DNA of 64,000 nt from Eledone cirrhosa (taxonomy: Eukaryota): assembly GCA_964016885.1 (NCBI GenBank), contig OZ024757.1, positions 12,400,001 through 12,464,000 of the forward strand. Reading direction: 5' to 3'. The notes under the pieces were generated by a model that saw nothing but the letters and a program-made list of their open reading frames with translations, made no database searches and was not told where the DNA came from. Numbering within the stretch: position 1 is the first letter of the stretch; every line of letters begins with the position of its first letter. This document shows positions 33,035 to 45,463 of the stretch, piece by piece. Position numbers and translations under genes: made by a program.

Positions 33035-33450
33035 TATATATATATACACATATATGTACGTATGTATGTATATGTGTATATATGGGTATGAATGAGTGTG
33101 GAAGTGTGTATATGTGTACATAGGGTTTTGGTATATGTACGTTTGGTGAACATATGTGTATTTACCTGTAGGTATGTGTGACTGTGCGTTCTATACGTAT
33201 TTATGCGTGTATATTTATATATGTATATATAATTATATGTATACACACAAACATATATTTATATGTGTATTTGGTGTATATGTTCGTATGTGTCGCAACG
33301 GTTTATGTCCGTGTGTGCATGTTTATGTGTACGTGCATGTATATGTTTATGTGTTAACGCATATACACATGTATATGTGCATGTTTATGTGTACGTGCAT
33401 GTATATGTTTATGTGTTAACGCATATACACATGTGTGTATGTATATATTT
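33035..33450. repeat. TG/TA low-complexity tract with short internal duplications
   Basis: Degenerate microsatellite, read directly. Confidence 0.75.
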
Positions 33451-33839
33451 ATTTATTATTACTTTTATGATTTTAATAACCTCTGTCATTTTCGTTCAAC
33501 TAATTATTTACATTATTCTGAACTCCGAAGCCGAGAATCATTCAGTTTCCTAAATAGTATATTAGTCTATGACTCCATTTATACCATAAACGTGGTTTTG
33601 TCTTTACGTGTAATTGTTGTCACCGCTCCACATAACAACGTATTATCCTCGCTTTTTTCCGTTCATTGTCAGGGAACGTCTTCACGAATCAAAGCATAAA
33701 TTATTTTCATATATACATATATATATTTACATATATCTCAAGGGTGGTGCCCCAGCATGGCCTCAGCCTGATGGCTGGAACAGGTGTAAGAATAAAAGAA
33801 TATAATATATATATCTGTATATTCATATATTGTATTTAT

Positions 33840-35285
33840 CCTCATCACAATTTAAACTCCATTTTACATGCTAGCATGGGTCAGACGACTTGTCCTGTTG
33901 TGTGAAAACTTAGATCAAATAACTGTGTCTTGCTCATGCAAGAATGATTTCTGGTTGGTTTCTACGGCTGGATGCCCTTCCTAACTCCAACCACATTTAC
34001 AGGGTGGACTTGGTATTTATTGTTGTGTTGCTAACATGACCAACTTACAGGGTGGACTGGGTGCTTTTTGCTGTGTCGTCATCATGACAACCACCTAACA
34101 GAGCAGACTGGGTGCTCTTTGTCATGACACCAATTTGACTACTTTGAAGGGTGGTTCAGGTGCCTTCAGTCTTACCACTAGCATGACCACTTTACAGGGT
34201 GGGCAAGGGGCCTCCTGTCATGTCTACCTCACAGGGTGGACTGGGTGCTTATTTGTCATGTCACCAGCATGACTACCTTGCAGGGAGGGTTAGGTGCTCT
34301 TTTGTCATGACACTTGCATGACCACCTTACAGGAGTGTTTGAGGGTTTAGCCATTTCAGCAGCATTGGAGGAGAGCATGTTAAGCTTTCCATACTTGTAT
34401 ACATGGGTTGGTCAAGAGAGGTGTATCAGATGTGAAAGAGGAGGGTGGGGCTGTGTGTATGTAGGGTGGAGATTGGAGAGGTAGGTCAGGGTGGAGTACT
34501 TAGCTGGTAAGGGGGTGGAGTGTTAAGATGTGGGGAGGAGGAAAATTAGAGCATACTTCAAACCACTAAATGTTGCTTCATCCCGTGGACATGGGAATAC
34601 AAGTCTCGTGTGGTACTGTATAACATGAGGGATTTCAATCCTGTGTCATCACCTTTGAGAGGTACAATGGTGTCAGGTCAGTTTTTACCTCCTCATCCCA
34701 AGCTTTCCTAGGTCTTCCTCTTCCATCAATTTCAAGCAGTCAACCTTTTATACAACATCTCTATCTTCATACACATCACATGTCCATAGCACAGCAATCT
34801 CCTCTCCTGCATACTGTATCTTATCCCTCTCATGTCCAGGTTTTCTCTCAGATTATTTACACTTTGCTCTTCATGTATATTAATATTACACATCCATTGG
34901 AGAATTCAAGTTTCATTTCTATCCAATCTTCTGAGCTACTCTGCACACACTGCCCAGATCTCACTGCAATGCAGCATTGCTGTTCATATGCAGACATCAA
35001 TTTAGTGAAACAACCTATTGTAGCTAGCAGTAGTAGTAGCAAGATAAACCTTTGCCATCTTGTTCTTACTCTGGTTACTGTACATTCAGAACACCTACCT
35101 CCACTGCTAATTTGATCCCCAGGTAACAGAAACTGTCAACTGTTTCTACAGAATCCTTTAAATATTTTATAGAACTTGTCTCCTAAAAGCGATTGTTACT
35201 GTTCCAGTGCAATGACCCCTTGTAAAGCCTACCTTCTTAGCTAACTTACCTTGTATCCCTCTAAACCTCTTTTGTACCCATAGGC
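33840..35285 (-). mobile_element. Degenerate RTE 3' part (paralogue of 18766-20215)
   Basis: Collinear with the copy in the preceding unit. Confidence 0.8.
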
Positions 35286-35544
35286 TCTTTAGTGTAAATA
35301 ATGTTTCATACACATAACATGTATGTGTGACCACTGGTTTCTGAGTCCACTTATGGCTACCACTGTTTAATGGGGGGAGGCACTTCCAAACAGATCCTTC
35401 ATTGGGCACACTGACAAATATTAAAAGGAAGTGCTTTCCTCCAACAATTTTCACCTCAAACAGAGGAGAGTTTCATTATGTTAAAAAGGGAGGTAAATCA
35501 TTAGCAGTGGAATTGTCAGGCTTAATTATATATGTAATTAGACA

Positions 35545-36172
35545 CACATAGAAGTGGTTGATAGCTTTTGAAATCTAGGTGACTTAATTGGCAGTGGAGG
35601 GGGCTGCTCTGAAAGATGAATAGCTAGAATAAGGATAAGATGGAAAAAGTTTAGAGAGCTACTGCAACAGTTGACCGCAAAAGGTTTCTCACTCTGTACA
35701 AAAGGACAACTGTATGACACATGTGGGTGATGTGCAATGATGCATGGTAACGAAACAAGGGCTGTGACTGCAGAGGGTATGTAGACTGGAGAGAAATGCA
35801 ACAACCATGGTTTGTAGGATATGTTATGGAAGTGTAAGAGAAAGGCAGAGCTTGGACAAGTTCAAGAAGAAGCTGGGTTTAAGAGTGACCTGAAGTGGTG
35901 TGTAAGAGAGAACACTGTGTTTGTACAGACATGTGATGCACATGGATAATGACCGCTGGGTGATGAAGTGGCAGGAAATCCCAGTGGAAGGAAGCCATAG
36001 TAGAGGTAGACCAAGAAAGAGATGGACAGAGGCTGTGTGAACTGACTCTCACAGAGGAGATGACACAGGAACACGACAAGTGGAAAGATGCCATGTTGAG
36101 AAGGACATGTCCAACCCAAGCAAGTATGGACTAATGGACATGAAAACAGTGATGATGTTGACAAAGATGACA
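35545..36172 (+). mobile_element. RTE 3' fragment (paralogue of 20675-21315)
   Basis: Collinear, with the same truncation point. Confidence 0.8.
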
Positions 36173-36754
36173 TACTCATACACATATATATACACAAATA
36201 AATCAAATACAGATATACACATACTTATATACAAACACAGATACAAACATACTTGAACACAAATTTCTACACACATACATTCACATATATATATATTGTA
36301 TGTAAATTCTGAACAATACAGTTTTGTCAGCAACATTCTTGGTTACAACTTCTACAAATAAATTGAAAGGAGAATAATTTCTTAGTAAAACAGTTTTATT
36401 CAAAATATTAACAACATTGGTGGCACTATTTTAGGTGAGTGACATGGTTTTTATTTTGTCTGATTGTGTTTGTGTTGAATTAAATAAACTTTACAAGAAA
36501 ATGATTTACCACAGACATCACAGTAATATGGTTCCTCTCCTGTAGATGTTAGTATCTAGTGAAGCCACAACATTTAGAGAATGATTTACCAAATATATCA
36601 AAGTGATATGGCTTCCCAGCTGTATGTATATGTTTACGTGTAGTTAATGTAACATTCAAAGAGAATGATTTCCCTCAGATGTCACAATGATATGTATTTG
36701 TATTCTCATTAATTCACAAATTAGAGGGAATGATTTATTACTGATGTTAATGTG

Positions 36755-37906
36755 TTATGATTGCTCTTCTGCATGTATAAGTTTGTGAGTAGTTAGGCTA
36801 CTTTTCCTAGAGAATGATATACCACAGATATCACAGTGATATGGTTTGTCTCCTGTATGTATACGATTGTGAGTAGTTAAGCTACTACTTACAGAGAATG
36901 ATTTACCACAGATATCACAGTGGTATGGCTTGTCTCCTGTATGGGTACGTTTGTGGCTAGTTATGGTACTACCATCAGAGAATGATTTACCACAGATATC
37001 ACAGTGATATGGCTTCTCTCCTGTATGTATACGTTTGTGACTAGTTAAGTGACCACTTTCAGAAAATGACTCACCACAGATATCACAGTGATATGGCTTC
37101 TCTCCTGTATGTATACGTTTGTGACTAGTTAAGGTACCACTTTGAGAGAATGATTTACCACAGATATCACAGTGATATGGCTTGTCTCCTGTATGTATAC
37201 GTTTGTGGCTAGTTAAGTGACCACTTTCAGAGAATGACTCACCACAGATATCACAGTGATATGGCTTGTCTCCTGTATGTATACGTTTGTGAATAGTTAA
37301 ACTACCACTTTGAGAGAATGATTTACCACAGATATCACAGTAATATGGCTTGTCTCCTGTATGGGTACGTCTGTGTCTAGTTACGGTACTAATATTGGAG
37401 AATGATTTATCACAGATATCACAGTGATATGGCTTGTCTCTTGTATGGGTACGCCTGTGTCTAGTTAAGGTACTACTATCGGAGAATGATTTGTCACAGA
37501 TATCACAGTGATATGGCTTCTCTCCTGTATGGGTACGTTTGTGAGGAATTAAGTGACTAATTTGTGAGAATGACTTACCACAGATATCACAATGGTATGG
37601 CCTGTCACCTGTATGTGTACGTTTGTGATAAGTTAAGTGACTACTATGAGAGAATGATTTACCACAGATATCACAGGGATATGGTTTCTCTCCTGTATGT
37701 ATACGTTTGTGTCTAGTCAAGGCACTACTATCAGAGAATGATTTACCACAGATATCACAGTGATATGGCTTCTCTTCTCTAACCTTTGTCATCTCCCCAG
37801 GAATACTAAACACTTTAGATTGTGTTTCACATTTAATCTTTTCACTCAATTTATTTTCCATAATTATTTCTTCTTCAACAGAATATACAAATGTTTTACT
37901 TGTCAT
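36755..37906 (-). CDS. ZNF-C: C2H2 zinc-finger protein, 12 fingers (start 37906 or 37861)
   Basis: Uninterrupted 383-aa ORF. MENKLSEKIKCET at 37861 aligns with the starts of A and B. Degenerate fingers continue to about 36490. Confidence 0.92.
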   Translation of the reverse strand: MTSKTFVYSVEEEIIMENKLSEKIKCETQSKVFSIPGEMTKVREEKPYHCDICGKSFSDSSALTRHKRIHTGEKPYPCDICGKSFSHSSHLTYHKRTHTGDRPYHCDICGKSFSQISHLIPHKRTHTGEKPYHCDICDKSFSDSSTLTRHRRTHTRDKPYHCDICDKSFSNISTVTRHRRTHTGDKPYYCDICGKSFSQSGSLTIHKRIHTGDKPYHCDICGESFSESGHLTSHKRIHTGDKPYHCDICGKSFSQSGTLTSHKRIHTGEKPYHCDICGESFSESGHLTSHKRIHTGEKPYHCDICGKSFSDGSTITSHKRTHTGDKPYHCDICGKSFSVSSSLTTHNRIHTGDKPYHCDICGISFSRKSSLTTHKLIHAEEQS

Positions 37907-38521
37907 ATTTTTTATATTATATTCCTTAAAAATATATCTATATTTCCCTCAACTGTAACTTCAGTTAATATCTGAAGATAATACAAACTTCTTTTTTATC
38001 CAAGTTTAGTTAAAATACAAAACCATCTCATAGCGAAGAAAATAAACTCAGTTTTGAGGAAATATTTCACAGTAATTCAATGACAGATTTATATAAACAG
38101 TGTTATATAAGTTCTGTTTAAAAAGCCTTAGTCTTCAAATGATGATAAATAGGGGTGATGTATCCGAGATTGAAAATAATAACTTATCCCAATGTCATCT
38201 GATATTCTGAAACAATAAAGAAACAGTATGAGATAATACAGAATACTTTAGAAGCAGAGATAGATTTAACAGTGGAAATTTTATATTTCTATATTGGTAA
38301 ACTGTAGATATCAACTTTACTGTCCAGAGCAATTCTCTCCAAAGTAAGCAGCTGTATTCGAGCAAGCTCTATAAATTAGATCCTTCTATCGCTTCAGAGG
38401 TCTGCTCTATAGGAGTTTAGCAAAAAATGCATTCTTATAGGACTTATAAGAAACAGTATGAGATAATAGAGAATACTTAAAATACAGGGATAGATTTAAC
38501 AGTGGAAATTTTACATTCTTA

Positions 38522-38655
38522 CCGCATTTCCCTGCGTCGAAGACATTACTTTTTCTCTAATATAAGTCTCAAAAATCTACCATACGTCCTGGAGGCCGAA
38601 GGTTGTTTATTATTTTTCTTCAAAAAGTAGTCGTCTTCGGCACGTGTAAATACGG
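38522..38655. mobile_element. Tc1/mariner-pogo-type MITE (134 bp)
   Basis: TA|CCGCATTT..GCGTCGAAGAC ... GTCTTCGGCACG..AAATACGG|TA. It sits in a local duplicate of 38220-38310, which shows the empty site. Confidence 0.75.
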
Positions 38656-38719
38656 TACATTGGTAAACTGTAGAAATATACTTGTGTGATGTTTATTTAT
38701 ATAAACCAAGGCTATATAT

Positions 38720-39462
38720 ATGTCAAACTACAGCTCCACCATGACTATAGTGGTGTCATCTAGTACAGGGCCCCAGAACTGTGGTAACCTTGTGAGATGT
38801 GTTTTGTTCCGCCGACTGGCTACCCTCCCCATAGTGGTGCAGCAAACTGGCCAGCCCTTCTCGTATCTGTACCATCCAGTACCAGGCCCCAAAACTATGG
38901 TAACCTTGTGAGATGGGTTTGGTGCAGCTGACTGGCCACCCCTCCTCATAGTGGTGCCATCCAGTACCAGACCCCAAAATTATAGTTGCACTGTGAGATG
39001 GGTTCAGTGCAGCCAACTGGCCTGTCCCTCCTCATAACAGAGCCATCCAGTTCCACACTGTAAATATGGTTGGTGTTAGGAAGGGAATCCAGCTGTAAAG
39101 TACCCGACCAAATTTACAGACCTCACCTGATCAAGGTGTGACACATGGCCAACCCTGGCCAGACTTGCCTCCTGGCATGGATGACCCGTCTAACCCATGC
39201 AAGAATGGAAAAATGGACACTAAATGGAGATGACACAGACATATATATATATATCCCACCCAAAATGGACGTGTAAAAGACACAGCAAAAAGTACCCAGC
39301 CGACAATGTGGTTGGCGTTAGGAAGGGCATCCTGCCATAGACAGCTAGCCAGAAACACCCCTATATGAGTGAGACACGGTCACCTGATCCGACTTGCCTC
39401 TAAATGGGACCCATCTAACCCATGCTAGCATGGAAGACGGACGTTAATTGATGATGATGATA
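38720..39462 (+). mobile_element. RTE-type 3' UTR fragments with subrepeats
   Basis: Two GGTTGG(T/C)GTTAGGAAGGG...CTAACCCATGC...GATGA tails, preceded by three imperfect subrepeats. Confidence 0.65.
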
Positions 39463-39669
39463 TATAATAAAATGTTGTAGTTTGTTTGAAGCATTCTATA
39501 TAATATATAACGTTGAAAGAGATAGAAGGCTAAACAAGGCAAAATGGACTGTAAGATGAGGTAAGGAAAAGTAAAAGTTACCTGGTAATCTTTGTTTTGC
39601 TTTTTGTTCTTGTTCTTCTTTTATCTGTCCAGTATTTCGGGACATAAAAGTCCTTTCTTCAGGGTTTAA

Positions 39670-40107
39670 CCCTTTAGCATTTATATTACTCTATATATAC
39701 TATTATATTTTCACAGTAAAGTCTTTACCTCACATAACATTTATATTACTCTATATATACTATTATATTTCGATGGTAAAGTCTTTACTTCACATAACAT
39801 TTACATTAATCTATATATACTATTATATTTCCATGGTAAAGACTTTACCTCACATAACATTTACATTACTCTATATATACTATTATATTTCCGTGGTAAA
39901 GACTTTACCTCACTTAACATTTACATTACTCTATATATACTATTGTATTTCCGTGGTAAAGTCTTTACCTCACATAATATCGAATCTATGAGATTTTGAT
40001 ATTATTTATATTGAGAACAATACCTTAATATCAGTAAGAGTGGCTAGTTACGGCTGGTTTGAACAGAAAAAGGGGACAGAATTCTGGCCAGTTTAAATGT
40101 TAAAGAG
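39670..40107. mobile_element. piggyBac-like MITE with an internal 60-bp tandem expansion (5 copies)
   Basis: TTAA|CCCTTTAGCATT...AATGTTAAAGAG|TTAA, reversed relative to 9705-9904. The 60-bp unit spans 39679-39978. Confidence 0.85.
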
Positions 40108-40211
40108 TTAAGCAACTTTCAGTGGATTACGTTCCAATTTCCTCTTTTCAGGATTAAATTTTGATTTTGATGAAAACGTTTTCTAAGTCATTTTCAAGCA
40201 TTTTATAAAAT

Positions 40212-40884
40212 TGATAGAAGCTGTTAAGTAGGGAGACCTAGGATGAGGTGATAAAAGCTGACCTCATACAATTGATGGAAGCTATAGAGTAGGAAGACCT
40301 GGGATGAGGTGATAAAAGCTGACATCACACAATTGATGGAAGCTATAGAGTAGGAAGACCTGGGATGAGGTGATAAAAGCTGACCTCACACAATTGATGG
40401 AAGCTATGGAGTAGGAAGACCTAGGATGAGGTGATAAAAGCTGACCTCACACAATTGATGGGAGCTATAGAGTAGGAAGACCTGGGATGAGGTGATAAAA
40501 GCTGACCTCACACAATTGATGGAAGCTATAGAGTAGGAAGAGCTGGGATGAGGTGATAAAAGCTGACCTCACACAATTGATGGAAGCTATGGAGTAGGAA
40601 GACCTAGGATGAGGTGATAAAAGCTGACCTCACACAATTGATGGAAGCTATAGAGTAGGAAGACCTAGGATGAGGTGATAAAAGCTGACCTCACACAATT
40701 GATGGAAGCTATAGAGTAGGAAGAGCTGGGATGAGGTGATAAAAGCTGACCTCACACAATTGATGGAAGCTATGGAGTAGGAAGACCTAGGATGAGGTGA
40801 TAAAAGCTGACCTCACACAATTGATGGGAGCTATAGAGTAGGAAGACCTGGGATGAGGTGATAAAAGCTGACCTCACACAATTG
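40212..40884 (+). repeat. 61-bp minisatellite (about 11 copies) derived from RTE coding sequence
   Basis: Unit GATGGAAGCTATAGAGTAGGAAGACCTGGGATGAGGTGATAAAAGCTGACCTCACACAATT matches 1290-1362. The array runs on into the RTE C-terminal sequence (40885-40960). Confidence 0.92.
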
Positions 40885-41009
40885 CACTCATCAAAGACAA
40901 TGACACAGGATTGAGATCTTAGGTGTTATACAGTAATATAGAAGACCAGCCTTCCCTAGCATTGGTATCAATGACTCCCACATGGACATCAATACACATC
41001 TATATATAC

Positions 41010-41202
41010 ACACCTAACATATCGAAGATCCCCGTCGAACATGTTATTTGCAACTAGAAAGTTCCCCTGTGAGGCACAAGTCTGGTTGTTTGAGGAAGAC
41101 CAGCAGTCACCCAAGTATACCAGTCTACCCTCTCCATGCCACAGATGTTGTCCAAGAGAAAGGTAATGGCTGATACAGCTTGGCACCAGTGACAGCACAA
41201 CA
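41010..41202 (-). mobile_element. SINE family 2 distal part plus one 54-bp unit
   Basis: GC-richer segment continuous with TTGTCCAAGAGAAAGG...GCTTGGCACCAGTGAC. Confidence 0.55.
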
Positions 41203-41306
41203 TATATATACACTATATATATATATTACATATACTCTATGTAGAGTATATATATACTATATATATATATATATATTATATATACTCTATGTAGAGTATA
41301 TATATA

Positions 41307-41356
<50 letters not shown>

Positions 41357-41372
41357 CTCTATGTAGAGTATA

Positions 41373-41995
41373 TCATCATCATTTTACGTCCGCTTTTCCC
41401 TGCTTGCAAGGGTGGGACGGGTCTTATTCAGCACAGCATCTCTCCACTCGTCACGGTCCCTCGTCATCTCCACCATGAGCTTCAATGATCTGAGGTCTAT
41501 TCTCCCCACCTCCGCCCATGTTTTTCGTGGTCTACCTCTACCACGTCTTCCTTCAACTGGCATTTCCTGGCACTTCTTCACCCATCGGTCATCCTCCATG
41601 CGCATCACATGTCCATACCACCTCAGTCTCCTCTCCCGTACACTACATTCTATCCCTCTCAGACACAGTTTCTCTCTCAACACATTTATGCTGGGTCGTT
41701 CACGCACATTTACACTGCACATCCAACGGAGCATGCTTGCCTCATTTCTCTCCAGCCGTCGCATATCCTCTGCGGTTGCTGCCCATGTCTCACTACCATG
41801 CAGCATCGCGCTCCTCAAACAGGCATCATACAACCGGCCATTCGTACGCAGGGAGAAACCCTTCTTCGTCAACAGAGGAAGCAGCTCCCTAAACATCTTC
41901 CAACCCGTCCTTATTCTAGATACTATGGCCTCGGAACACCCTCCTCCCATGCTAATCTGATCTCCTAGTGACCGGAAGCTATCCACCACTTCTAT
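41373..41995 (-). mobile_element. Young RTE 3' fragment with an open frame
   Basis: ORF 41384..42079 is nearly identical to 14856..15575. (CAT)n tail next to TA-rich DNA. Confidence 0.92.
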
Positions 41996-41997
41996 AT

Positions 41998-42102
41998 GAG
42001 TGGTTAGAGAACTGGATTCGCAATCGTGAGGTTGTGAGTTCGATTCCTGGACCGGGCGATGCGTTATGTCCTTGAGCAAGACACTTTATTTCACGTTGCT
42101 CC
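41998..42102 (+). mobile_element. SINE family 2 head
   Basis: AGTGGTTAGAG...GAGTTCGATTCC...TCCTTGAGCAAGACACTTTATTTCACGTTGCTCC. Confidence 0.8.
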
Positions 42103-42520
42103 TTCTACCTGGAGTTGCGACCGATAGAGAGTATTAGCAATTGGAAAGACCAACGGAAACATTGTTTCCTCGGTCCGATTTGACGAAAGTCGATCGACTT
42201 TTCTTTCACTTGTTTCCACAACGTATATACTTCGACCTTGTTTTTGATATAAACCATGTTGGACATTGTGTCTTTCTCTAAAAACTCATCCCTAACCCCT
42301 GCCATTACCTCCCCTTTCTCTCACTCATTCATTTCGATGTTTACAAAGCTAGGTGACCATCTTCGAAAATTCTTGCATATGTGCCTTGTCTAATATGTCT
42401 ACTTATATCCCCCAAATCTCCTGTGACGATATATGTCATGATGGCTACCTATCTCACAATTTCCCACTCACCACCATAGGCTATTTGACCAATCAAACCT
42501 CAGCAACATGTCCTTACCCA

Positions 42521-42716
42521 TTACCAGCCCCAACAAACTCTGCCATTACTACTACTGTCCTTCTAGCCCTTACCAGCCCCAACAAACTCTGCAATTACTA
42601 CTACTGTGCTTCTAGACCTTACCAGCCCCAACAAACTCTGCCATTACTACTACTGTCCTTCTAGACCTTACCAGGCCCAACAAACTCTGCCATTACTACT
42701 ACTGTCCTTCTAGCCC
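42521..42716. repeat. 49-bp minisatellite, 4 copies
   Basis: Same unit and flanks as 25953-27884. Confidence 0.9.
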
Positions 42717-44316
42717 TGCACCAAAGAATTCTTGTTTACCGTTATCTATGGAGGAGCGAAAGATAAATGGAACAACCCCGAATAAATAAATGAATATGAA
42801 TCTGTGAGTTACCAAGTTCCCATGCGAAGCTTTAACTCAGAGACTGAAAGCATACACACTCTCCTGCATACACACTCTCCCACAAATGATGGCAAATGTC
42901 CAAAACTCTGAGTTGGCAGCATCAACATAAGCACAATGAAAGGAAGGGAAGGAGAAATTATAGACATGCTAGAGTGAAAGGATATTGACGTATGCTGTGT
43001 GCAAGAGACTAGATGGAGAGGAGAGTCCGCTAGAGTCCTTGTAGGCAAAAGTTAGTGCTATACATTTTTCTGGGAGGGAAACGACAATGGGATGGGTGGT
43101 GTAGGTATACTATTAGCTGACAAATGGGTAGATAAGGTAATAACCACACATATTGTTAACCAGGTAATACTAGAGGGTGTCATACCAAAGGATTGGTGCA
43201 GCAGCATCATCGTCAACTGCTACAGGGGTAAAGGAGATACACAAGATAGAAGAAAATATAGAGGTATAAAGCTGATGGACCAGGTCATGAAAGTAATGGA
43301 AAGAGTCATAGCACATTTGATCAAGGACTGGGTAAAACTAGATGAGATGCAGTTTGGGTTTGTGCCAGGAAAAAGCCCCACTGATGCAGTTACAGGAAAA
43401 GTACCTAGCTAAAAATAAGCTGCTCTACCTGGCTCTTCTCGATCTGGAAAAAGCCTTCGACAGACTGCCCGTGTTATAAGCTGGTCATCTCTTAGAAAAC
43501 TAGGAGTAGATGAACGGCTTGTGAAAGCTGTACAAGCCATATATAGGGGAGCAGTCAGCAAAGTTAGGCTTAACAATGACTGTGGATATTCAGAAAGTAC
43601 AATAACTAGGGTAAGAACTACTAGCTGCAAAAGGCTTTTCCCTCAAAATGAAAGGCAAGCAGTATGATGCATGCATACGAACAGCAATGTTACGTGGTAG
43701 TGAGACCTGGGCACTGTCTGTAGAAGACTTGTGTAGATTAGAAAGAAACGAAGCCTGCATGCTCCGATGGATGTGTAATAGTAATATACGTGAATGGCAA
43801 AGCATTAACAAATTGAGAGAGAGACTGAGCATAAGAGGAATCAAATGCTGTGTGCAGGAGAGGCGGTTGTGTTGGTATGGACATGTGATGTGTATGAAGG
43901 ATGACAGCTGCATAAAAAAGTGCAGAGCACTAGAAGTCAATGGACACCGCGGAGTGGGGAGACCCAAGAGGATCTGGGACGAGGTGATAAAAGCCGACCT
44001 TACCCAGTTGCACCTCTCAAGAGCGATGACACAGAACCGTGACCTCTGGCTTCATGCGGTAATACAGAAGCACATAAGCAATATACCCCCACTCTCTCCC
44101 ACTGTAAAGTGGCCGTGGAGGTGTCACAACAAAAAAGCACCCAGCACTGACTGTGAGGTTGGTGTTAGTAAGGGCATCCAGCTGTAGAAATCAAGCCAAA
44201 ATCAGTTCCCATCTGAGCAAGACAAGGTCACCCTACCTGGCACTGCCCACAACAGGACAACCTGTCTAACCCATACTACCGTGGAAGAAGAGACGTAAAA
44301 CGGTGATGATGATGAT
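42717..44316 (+). mobile_element. Internally deleted RTE LINE (paralogue of 27885-29622)
   Basis: Same APE/RT junction (DKVITT). ORFs 43092..43412 and 43648..44187, and a GAT tail. Confidence 0.9.
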
Positions 44317-44390
44317 ATAGATATATATATATACTGTGTACAGTATATATACACCATATATATTATACAGTATATATACATTATATATGA

Positions 44391-44918
44391 TGTCCAAGAG
44401 AAAGACAATGGCCAATACAGCATGGTACCAGTGACGTCACAACGTATATATATACTATATATATACACTATGTATATATTATATATACACTGTGTACAGT
44501 ATCAATACACTATATATATGTCCAAGAGAAAAGTTATGGACGATACAGCTTGGCACTAGTGACATCACAACATATATATATACAATATATATACACTATA
44601 TATATTATACAGTATATATACACTATATATATGTCCAAGGGAAAGGTTATGGCCGATACAGCTTGGCACCAGTGACATCACAACATATATATACTATATA
44701 TATATTATACAGTATATATACACTATATATATGTCCAAGGGAAAGGCTATGGCTGATAAAGCTTGGCACCAGTGACATTACAACTCATTTCTACAGCTGA
44801 GTAAACTGGACCAACGTGAAATAAAGTGTCTTGCTCAAGGAGACAGCACATCACCCGGTCCGAGAATCGAACTCACCACCTTTTAATTGTAAGCCCAATC
44901 CTCTAACCACTAAGCCAT
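44391..44918 (-). mobile_element. SINE family 2 with four tandem 54-bp units
   Basis: Units at about 44391, 44519, 44632 and 44732, then the SINE head. Confidence 0.8.
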
Positions 44919-45104
44919 GATACGTTCCAGAACCAACCGTGATATAGAGAGACCATAAAGACAACCGTTGTTTTCATAGTTTAAGCCTTAAAATACCTCT
45001 CATACATGCTTTAAGTACATATAAACTTATTAAAACACACTTTTGTATTTAAACACCAAACTAACGGTCGTAATATGTCCCTTCCTTACGATATACACTT
45101 TAAT

Positions 45105-45200
45105 TGTTTCTACTTTAGGCACAAGGCCAGCAATTAACCAGTGCATTACTGGTACTTTATTTTATCGATCACGTAAGGATGAACGGCAAAGTCAACCTCG
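45105..45200 (-). mobile_element. 5'-truncated SINE family 1 with TSD ACTTTAAT
   Basis: Direct repeats at 45097-45104 and 45201-45208. Empty sites lie at about 16956 and 30750. Confidence 0.85.
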
Positions 45201-45463
45201 ACTTTAATAACATTCAAACTTATTTAATAAGTTTAAAATTTAAACACTTTTTATTCAGACGTACCGCGATAAGAAACTAGATATGTTCTAACGAATAATC
45301 CGCGATGTGACGAGGATTACCGCGATAGGAAATTAGATACGTTCCAAAGAAATATCCGCGATGTAACGGGACCGCGAAAAGTGAACCGCGATATAGCGGG
45401 GGATTACTGTATATATACACACACAACATACATCTATCTATATACACTCATAACATATATTTC

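Noticed and set aside
39625-39665. Hammerhead-like core on the minus strand (CTGAAGA-AAGGAC..GTCC-CGAAA), and CTGA(C/T)GA motifs at about 9358 and 58775
   Set aside because: I could not build stems I and III or a cleavage triplet, and two of the sites lack the GAAA. They may be decayed Penelope-like ends but are unsupported without a covariance-model search.
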